Origin: Candidatus Latescibacterota bacterium
Lineage (GTDB): Bacteria > Latescibacterota > UBA2968 > UBA8231
DNA: 64,000 bases
Assembly: GCA_965243025.1 (NCBI GenBank)
Contig: CBDETY010000003.1
Span: 3,552,001 to 3,616,000 of the forward strand
Direction: 5' to 3'
Shown: positions 57,588 through 64,000 of the stretch, one piece after another
Numbering within the stretch: the first letter of the stretch is position 1
Layout of the letters: each line of letters begins with the position of its first letter
Made by a program: the position numbers and the translations under genes
The notes under the pieces: generated by a model
Database searches by the model: none
Told to the model about the DNA's origin: nothing
The model's input: the letters and a program-made list of their open reading frames with translations, nothing else

Positions 57588-58659
57588 TTCCGGACCGCGG
57601 CTGTTCCGGGCGGCTTCCTGGCTGGGGGCGGCCCTGTTTCTCGTCCAGTGCCAGGACGGCCCGCGGTCTTCGCAGGCCCCGCCCAGGGAAGCGGCAATCA
57701 CTGTCGCCGAGAGCTTTCTCACCGAGCGCCGGGAAACCGACAACGTCGACTCCCCGGCGGTCTGGCACGGCCCCGGAGACCGCCACTGGCTGCTGTCGAC
57801 CGCCAAGTCCACCCACCAACTGCTCGTGCACGACGCCGCCGACGGAAAGCTGATCCGCCGGGTCGGCGGACCGGGGACCGGGGCGGGAACCTTTCTGCGC
57901 CCCAACGGCGTCGCCGTGATCGGGGACTTCGCCGTCGTCGTCGAGCGCGACAACCACCGCCTGCAGGCCCTGTCGCTGCCGGATTTCGAGCCGGCCGCCA
58001 CGATCGGAGCCGAGGTGCTGCGCCGGCCGTACGGAGTCGCCGCCGCCCCCGGCGAGGGCGGCTGGGACGTCTGGGTCACCGACAACTACGAGCCGACCTC
58101 GGCCTCGGCCCCGGCCGCGGAGATGGGAGAGCGGCTGCGGCGGTTCCGCCTGCAGGTGACTGAGACCGGGCTGACCGGGGAGTACGCCGGCGCCTTCGGA
58201 GACACCACGGAAGCCGGCTGCCTGCGGAAGGTCGAAACGGTCGCGGTCGACCCCCTTCACGGCAGGGTGCTGGTCGCCGAGGAGGCGGAACGGGTGCTCA
58301 AGGTCTACGACCTCGAGGGGCGCTTCACCGGAGAACTGGCCGGAGCCGGCCTGTTCCGCTACGAACCGGAGGGGGTGGCGCTGCTGGAATGCGGGGAGGG
58401 AGGCGGCTACTGGTTCGCCACCGACCAGGATGATGCGGACAACCGCTTCCTGGTGCTGGACCGGGAGAGTCTCGCCGGCCTGGGGGCCTTCTCCGGAGCC
58501 GTCACCGCCAACACCGACGGCGTCGCCCTGACCGGCCGCGGCTTCGGCCCCTTCAGCCGCGGCGCCTTCTACGCCGTGCACGACGACGGCAACGTCGCCG
58601 CCTTCGACCTGGCTGAGATCGTCAGGGCCCTGGGGCTCGACTGCCCCCCTTCTCGGTAG
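57574..58659 (+). CDS. Beta-propeller phytase (3-phytase)
   Basis: DNVDSPAVW, TAK....L.V.DA.DG, RPNG, ERDNHR.Q, PYG, V.VTDNY, EPEG.AL, TDQ, NTDG, F..G.F.AVHDD. Confidence 0.85.
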   Translation: MTCCNSGPRLFRAASWLGAALFLVQCQDGPRSSQAPPREAAITVAESFLTERRETDNVDSPAVWHGPGDRHWLLSTAKSTHQLLVHDAADGKLIRRVGGPGTGAGTFLRPNGVAVIGDFAVVVERDNHRLQALSLPDFEPAATIGAEVLRRPYGVAAAPGEGGWDVWVTDNYEPTSASAPAAEMGERLRRFRLQVTETGLTGEYAGAFGDTTEAGCLRKVETVAVDPLHGRVLVAEEAERVLKVYDLEGRFTGELAGAGLFRYEPEGVALLECGEGGGYWFATDQDDADNRFLVLDRESLAGLGAFSGAVTANTDGVALTGRGFGPFSRGAFYAVHDDGNVAAFDLAEIVRALGLDCPPSR

Positions 58660-58782
58660 TTTCCCATCGGTCTCGACCTGCCCCCCGGTAGATGATGGCC
58701 GGGGACAGTGCCGAAACCTTCCTGATTCGGGCCTCTCCCGCTCTGTCTTTTCCGCCGCGGGGCCGGGGCGGCAGGGGCGCCT

Positions 58783-59877
58783 TCACCGCTCTTTCAGGTG
58801 ACTGCAATCCAGCCGCGCCACCTGCAGGGGCCGCTTCCCGGACTTCGTCTTCAGCCTTCGATCCGCCCCCAGGATTATGAGCACCTCGGCCGCTTCGAGT
58901 TTGCCCTCGTACGCCGCCCTGTGGAGCGGGGTGCGCCCCTTCCTGTCCTGAGCGTCGAGACCGGCGCCGTTCTCCGCCAGCAGCCAGACCGCCTCGACGT
59001 TCCCCCTCTCCGCCGCCAGGTGAAGCGGGGTCCGAGCGGAGACGGTTTCGGCATCGACCTCGGCGCCGCGCCGCAGCAGCCATTTCAGGCAGGTGGTTGA
59101 ACCGGAGCGGGCGGCCCAGTGCAGGGGCGTCATGTCCGCCTCCCCCCTCTTCGGGACCACCGCGGCATCCTCTCCGGCCAGCTCGCGCACCCGCTCGAGG
59201 TCGTCCATGCCGCACGCCGAGAAGATGTCGTAGCGCGCCCCGTGCCCGAGAAGGGCGCGGACCGTACCGGCGACGTCGGAGTTCCAGCGGTCGGTGCCGA
59301 AACGGGCCGCGGCCTCCTGCAACGGGGTGTTGCCGCGCTCGCCGTTGCCCGAGAACGGCGCTTCCGGGTCGGCGCCGTGCTCAAGGGCGAACTCCGTGTA
59401 CTCGACCGGCCTGCCGACCGCCCAGAACAGCAGCGAGGTGTTGGCCGGCCACCCGACGTGCGACGTGCTGATGACGGATGCATTGCTGACGCCGGCCTCG
59501 AATACCGTGCGCAGGGTCTCGAAGTTCCCGTGGTAGAAGGACTTGGTCACCGGCTCGTGCTGGTGCTTCCTGTAGAGCCCGGTCTCGCAGTCGTAGAACT
59601 CGCGGACGCCGCGGTCGAGCAGGAAGCGGACCGCGTCCAGGGTGCCGAAGTAGGAGGCCGCCATCGACAGGGCGACGGAACCGACCGATTCGAGCAGGGT
59701 CGGCCGCTCCCGCAGCAGGGCTTCCATTCGCGGGACGTCGCAGCTGGCGTGGCTCAGGTCGGCGGCGCCGTGCGCCGCCGCGGTCAGGAACCGCTTCTCG
59801 AGAGCGCTGAACTTCCTCCCCTCCCTCATCTCGAAGGCCCTGGCCATCTTCTGCATCAGGTAGTCGGTATCGTTCAC
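58783..59877 (-). CDS. Ankyrin-repeat protein
   Basis: G.TPL..AA, TPLHWAA..G....LL..GA.VDA, TPLHLAA, GRTPLHRAA. Confidence 0.92.
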   Translation of the reverse strand: MNDTDYLMQKMARAFEMREGRKFSALEKRFLTAAAHGAADLSHASCDVPRMEALLRERPTLLESVGSVALSMAASYFGTLDAVRFLLDRGVREFYDCETGLYRKHQHEPVTKSFYHGNFETLRTVFEAGVSNASVISTSHVGWPANTSLLFWAVGRPVEYTEFALEHGADPEAPFSGNGERGNTPLQEAAARFGTDRWNSDVAGTVRALLGHGARYDIFSACGMDDLERVRELAGEDAAVVPKRGEADMTPLHWAARSGSTTCLKWLLRRGAEVDAETVSARTPLHLAAERGNVEAVWLLAENGAGLDAQDRKGRTPLHRAAYEGKLEAAEVLIILGADRRLKTKSGKRPLQVARLDCSHLKER

Positions 59878-59886
59878 GGCTGCATC

Positions 59887-60072
59887 TCAGGGAATATTCC
59901 GGGTGCGATGATAACGCTCGACGATATGAGGGACGGCTTCACTCGCCGGGCGCATGCGCGCCGTCTCTTCCGATGTCAATTCCCGCGTGTCCGGATCGGA
60001 GGCGATGCCGGCCCGGATGGCTGAATCTTCTTCCTTTGACGGGTAAGCGATTTCACGCTTGGCTTTGGACAT
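59887..60072 (-). pseudogene. brnA: BrnA antitoxin N-terminal fragment (RHH domain lost)
   Basis: P..EED.AI.AGI..DPD..ELT.E..ARMRPA.E..P.IVERY, ending before the RG.QK.PTK/RL..DV..F domain. Confidence 0.7.
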
Positions 60073-60124
60073 AATCTCCGACCTCTCTTCTTGTGGCTTT
60101 GCGCAAGCTGATGATGCGGAACAC
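60053..60124 (-). pseudogene. brnT: BrnT toxin C-terminal remnant (23 aa)
   Basis: VFRIISLRKATRREVGDYVQSQA* matches the BrnT C-terminal RIISxRKAxxRE motif and overlaps the brnA start. Confidence 0.7.
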
Positions 60125-60160
60125 GCAATGTCAAGAACGTTTCATACCGGAGGATCGCCG

Positions 60161-60568
60161 ATGCGTTTTCCAGCTGTGATTCACAAAGACGAAGAGACCG
60201 GATATGGAGTCACCGTGCCGGATCTGCCCGGCTGCTTTTCGGCCGGAGATACACTCGAAGAGGCTATCGAATCCGCTCACGAGGCGGTAGCCTGCCACAT
60301 CGAGGGATTGCTCATGGACGGCGAGCAGATCCCGGAGCAGGCGCCACTGGAGATACACCAGGCCAACGAGGACGGGGATGGGATCTGGGCGCTGGTTGCA
60401 GTCGACATCTCCAAGCTGTCGAGCAAGGCAAAGCGGATCAACATCACCGTGCCCGCCCGGGTGCTGGCGATCCTGGACGAGGCCGCCGCCCGGGAAGGGG
60501 AGACGCGGTCCGGGCTGCTCGCTCGCGCTGCCCTCAGCTATGTGCAGCGACGATCGACCGACACCTGA
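60161..60568 (+). CDS. hicB: HicB antitoxin (orphan; RHH C-terminus)
   Basis: F.AVIHKD....YGVTVPDLPGCFSAGDT.EEA...A.EA...HIE; RINIT.P...L..LD..A.....RSG.LA.AA. Confidence 0.92.
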   Translation: MRFPAVIHKDEETGYGVTVPDLPGCFSAGDTLEEAIESAHEAVACHIEGLLMDGEQIPEQAPLEIHQANEDGDGIWALVAVDISKLSSKAKRINITVPARVLAILDEAAAREGETRSGLLARAALSYVQRRSTDT

Positions 60569-60588
60569 GGCGAGGAGAATTGCAAGCG

Positions 60589-61701
60589 ATGGATGAAAAG
60601 CCGACCCGCTTCGGCATCATCGGCGCGGTGCGCCGCGGCGGCAGCTTCGCCAACGGCCTGCAGGCCAACCCGGACGCCGCCATCGTTGCCCTCTGCGACG
60701 TCGCCGAAGAGGAGCTGGCCCGGTCCGCGGCCGGGCTCGGCGTCGAGCGGACCTTCACCGACGCCGAGGCGATGCTCGACTCCGGCCTCGTCGACGCCGC
60801 GGTGATCGGCACCCCGATGCAGTTCCACGCGCCCCAGGCGATCATGGCCCTCGAGCGCGGCATCCACGTCCTCAGCGAGGTGACCGCCGGGGTCTCCCTC
60901 GAGGAGTGCGAGGAGCTCGTGGGCGCCGCCCGGCGCAGCAGCGCGGTCTACATGATGGGGGAGAACTACACCTACACGAAGCCGAACGTCCTCGTCCGGG
61001 AGATCGCCCGCCGCGGCCTCTTCGGCGAGCTCTACTACGCCGAGGGGGCCTACATCCACGAGCTCAAGCAGCTCAACGAGATCACCCGGTGGCGGCGGCG
61101 CTGGCAGACCGGCGTCAACGCCTGCACCTACCCCACCCACAGCCTCGGTCCGGTGCTGCAGTGGTTCGACCCGCACCGGGTCGTGTCGGTCTGCGCGGTC
61201 GGCAGCGGCCATCACTACCGCGACCCGCGCGGCGACCAGTACGAGATGGAGGACTCGGTCACCATGATGTGCCGCCTGTCAAACGGCGGCCTCGCCCACA
61301 TCCGGGTCGACATGCTCTCGGACCGGCCCCACAACATGACCCACTACGCCCTGCAGGGAACCGACGGCGCCTACGAGTCCTCCGACCGTTTCAGGGGAGT
61401 CGACAGGATCTGGCTGCGCAGCCGCAACGAGGCCCCGGCCTGGGAGGCCCTGGAGAACCTCGAGGAGGAGTTCCTGCCGGAGTTCTGGAAGCATCCCCCG
61501 GAAGAGGCGGTCCGGGCCGGACACGGCGGCGGCGACTACTGGCAGGTGCAGGACTTCGTCACCGCGGTCCGCGAGGGAAACGAGCCCCCTATCGGCATCG
61601 ATCAGGCTATGGACATGACCCTGCCGGGCCTGGTGAGCCGGCAGTCGATCGCCGCCGGCTCTGTCTGGGTCGACGTCCCGGATTCCCGGGACTGGAAATA
61701 A
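60589..61701 (+). CDS. Gfo/Idh/MocA oxidoreductase (GH109-like)
   Basis: G..GA..RG, TP...HA...AL..G.HVLSEV.A, YMM.ENY, G.FGE..YAEG.Y.H, YPTHSLGP, GHGGGD. Confidence 0.9.
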   Translation: MDEKPTRFGIIGAVRRGGSFANGLQANPDAAIVALCDVAEEELARSAAGLGVERTFTDAEAMLDSGLVDAAVIGTPMQFHAPQAIMALERGIHVLSEVTAGVSLEECEELVGAARRSSAVYMMGENYTYTKPNVLVREIARRGLFGELYYAEGAYIHELKQLNEITRWRRRWQTGVNACTYPTHSLGPVLQWFDPHRVVSVCAVGSGHHYRDPRGDQYEMEDSVTMMCRLSNGGLAHIRVDMLSDRPHNMTHYALQGTDGAYESSDRFRGVDRIWLRSRNEAPAWEALENLEEEFLPEFWKHPPEEAVRAGHGGGDYWQVQDFVTAVREGNEPPIGIDQAMDMTLPGLVSRQSIAAGSVWVDVPDSRDWK

Positions 61702-61857
61702 CCCCCATTCCTGGCAGGCGCAGCCGGCACCTCGACGCCCAATTCCCGAATCCCCCGGGTACGCCAGTCCGGACTGAAACCCACACCGGCGACGCCTTCC
61801 AGACCAGCGGGACTACGCGCGCAGGCACACTTGCCCGCCCCCGTGTAACCCGGGATT

Positions 61858-64000
61858 TCAGAAATACAGCTTGTGCAGCACCCGCAGGTTGCGGCCCGGC
61901 TCCGGCAGGATCTCCTTGACCCGGTTGAGGTGGCGGCGATAGACCGCGTTCGTGGCGTTTTCGAGGGTCGCCGAAAAAGCGTGCAGGCGTCCCCCCCAAC
62001 TGGCGAGGTACTGCCCGGACAGGTCGAGCACGGCGTAGCCGTCGGTCGGTTGCTCGAACTCGCCGGGACGGTCCTGGGCGGCGGCGAGGCGAAGCCCGAC
62101 CGTGCCGCTCAGGGACTCCCGTCCCCCGGTCAGACTGAAGCGCCCCTGGAGCGGAGGCAGGCGGGGAAGCGGCTCGTCGCCGCGGTCGCTCAACACCCCG
62201 CGAACCTGGCTGGCGGTGATCGTGGTCTTCAAGCTCCGCCACAGGTCCCAGTCGAGGGCGACCTCGGCGCCGCGCATGTCGACGCGTTCACCGACCGTCC
62301 GGTAGAGAAACAGGTCCGCCCGCCGCGGACTGAGCACGCCGGTATTCCTTTGGAAGATGAAACCGTCGATGTCGTTGCGGAATACGGCGAGACGGAGATG
62401 CCCCCGGGTGTGGCGGTAGTCGGCGAACAGCTCGATCCCCTGTCCGCGCTCGCTGTCGAGGGCCCCGTTGCCGACTTCGTAGGAGTAGGCGGCCAGGTGC
62501 GGCCCCTCCGAGAACAGCTCCTCGAGTCCGGGGGGCCGGAAGGTGCGCATCAGGGTGGTGCCGAGGGTCAGAGCTTCCACGGGGCGAAAGTGAGCGGACA
62601 GGCCCCCTGACAATCCGGCGAAGTCCCGCCGCTGTATGCGCCCGACCTGGTTGGAATGACGCTCCTCCCGCGGCTGGACGCGGCGCACGTCGAAGCGGAC
62701 GGCCCCTTTCGCTGCCCAGTCTCCGCGGTTCCACTCCTGGTAGGTGAAGCAGGCGCCGGCGTACTCGGTTGTCGGAGGGGTGAAGTTGAGGCCGGCGGCG
62801 GCGTAGTTCCGGTATTCGTACCAGACCCCGGCGGCGCCGTTCTCGAAAGGACCCACCGGGTTCAGGCGGGCGAGGCTCGCGAGGTGGTGGGTCAGGAGGC
62901 CGAACTCCAGGCCCAGCGATCCGTTGGCCTCGAACTCCCCGTGTTGGTAGCGGGAGAAGGTGTGGTGCAGCTCGAGCTGTCTGATCCGGTCCGAAACGGC
63001 CCGAAAATCGGCTCGCGATTCAAGGTGCTGGCGCTCCAGGAGAATCGATATCCCCAACGGGTGGCCCCCCTCCGGATCGGGAGGGATGCCGTACTCGGAA
63101 TCGTAGAGGCTGCCGGATACCCCGAGGTGGCCCCACGGCCGCACCAGGCTGACCCCCAGCGATCCGTTGCCGGTGCGGATGTCGGTGTTGACCAAGGGGC
63201 CGCGCGGGGTCGCGACATCCCCGGCACTGCGCAGGCTGCTGTCGAAGCGCATGGCCAGCGGCCCCAGCGGCTGTTCGAACGCCAGGCCGGCGGACAGGCC
63301 GCCGGTTACGCTTTCCGCTTGCCAGGTGAAGGAACCGTTGCGCCCCTGCGGCTGCTCGGAAGGGACGTATCCGCGGACGACGTTGACCACGCCTCCCAAT
63401 GCGTTGGAGCCGTACAGCATGGTTCCCGGACCCCGCACCACCTCGATGCGCTCGGTGGTCATCGGTTCGATCGCCACCGCGTGGTCCGCACACGACGCCG
63501 ACAGGTCGCCGGTGCGCTCCCCGTCCTCGAGCACGAGCAGGCGGTCGCCGCTCAGTCCGCGCAGCACGGGACGCGCCGGCGCCGGACCCATGGTGCGCTG
63601 CGCCACCCCGGGCTCGTAGTCCATGGTCTCGGCAATGGTGCGGCTCAGGTTCTGGCGGAGCTTGCTGCCGCTGAAAACGACTTCCGGTTTCTGCAGCGGG
63701 GAAAGCGGCCGCTCGCGATCGTCCTCGACCACGGTCTCGTCCATGTGCAGGGGTTCATGGCCGATCCGGAGATCGACGCGGGTGGTGTCCCCCGGTTCGA
63801 TGCGCACCTCGAAACGGGCGTCGCGGTATCCGAGGTGCAGCGTCTGCAGGGTGTACACCCCCGGGGTCAGGGCGGGGAAGAGGAAATACCCTCCGGTGTC
63901 GCTGACGCGGCCGCGGTTGATCCCCTCCACGACCACGGTTGCCCAGGGCACCGGCTCGCCCGTGTCGGAGTCGACGACGCGGCCGGCCAGCGCCCCTGTT
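61858..64000 (-). CDS. TonB-dependent receptor (ZnuD-like), 5' end outside window
   Basis: T.AET....PGV.....GP...RPV.RGL.GDR, DHAV.IEP....RIEVVRGP...LYG.NA.GGVVN, EELFS.GPH.A...YE.G, EPGRN. Confidence 0.9.
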   Translation of the reverse strand, partial: TGALAGRVVDSDTGEPVPWATVVVEGINRGRVSDTGGYFLFPALTPGVYTLQTLHLGYRDARFEVRIEPGDTTRVDLRIGHEPLHMDETVVEDDRERPLSPLQKPEVVFSGSKLRQNLSRTIAETMDYEPGVAQRTMGPAPARPVLRGLSGDRLLVLEDGERTGDLSASCADHAVAIEPMTTERIEVVRGPGTMLYGSNALGGVVNVVRGYVPSEQPQGRNGSFTWQAESVTGGLSAGLAFEQPLGPLAMRFDSSLRSAGDVATPRGPLVNTDIRTGNGSLGVSLVRPWGHLGVSGSLYDSEYGIPPDPEGGHPLGISILLERQHLESRADFRAVSDRIRQLELHHTFSRYQHGEFEANGSLGLEFGLLTHHLASLARLNPVGPFENGAAGVWYEYRNYAAAGLNFTPPTTEYAGACFTYQEWNRGDWAAKGAVRFDVRRVQPREERHSNQVGRIQRRDFAGLSGGLSAHFRPVEALTLGTTLMRTFRPPGLEELFSEGPHLAAYSYEVGNGALDSERGQGIELFADYRHTRGHLRLAVFRNDIDGFIFQRNTGVLSPRRADLFLYRTVGERVDMRGAEVALDWDLWRSLKTTITASQVRGVLSDRGDEPLPRLPPLQGRFSLTGGRESLSGTVGLRLAAAQDRPGEFEQPTDGYAVLDLSGQYLASWGGRLHAFSATLENATNAVYRRHLNRVKEILPEPGRNLRVLHKLYF

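Noticed and set aside
61720-61815. Possible WD40 remnant on minus strand (GVGFSPDWRT)
   Set aside because: Too short and degenerate to support.

Overview
High-GC bacterial chromosome segment, probably from an FCB-superphylum lineage outside Bacteroidota (Latescibacterota/Gemmatimonadota-like; this is an inference). Its load of Fn3, ankyrin, NHL, Kelch and PhyH genes resembles marine sponge symbionts. Housekeeping genes (ftsH, tilS, lexA, era, purD, folB, folK, rpmB) are interleaved with six accessory blocks. (1) A 1989-aa fibronectin-III lipoprotein built from near-identical kb-scale DNA repeats. (2) A porin-imelysin-di-heme (DHOR) operon led by an unannotated 48-aa ORF. (3) A 15-kb co-oriented type IX secretion (T9SS)-like operon: porU, porV, an M6-like pseudo-peptidase with CTD, a peptidase/PD40/barrel protein, two helical Phe-ending proteins, and an M30-like peptidase with CTD. 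In this operon PorU has Ser at the catalytic Cys position and the M6 enzyme has lost its HExxH motif. (4) Catabolic oxidoreductases and three PhyH genes, one with a halogenase-type H-x-G motif. (5) A TonB receptor-phytase operon behind five 11-bp Pho-box-like repeats. (6) Intact (vapBC) and decayed (brnTA, orphan hicB) toxin-antitoxin loci. Three genes appear to use non-canonical starts (two CTG starts coupled to the Phe-TGA end of PorV-family genes, and one ATC). No rRNA, tRNA, CRISPR array, integrase or transposase was recognised. All family calls come from motif recognition by eye, not database searches.
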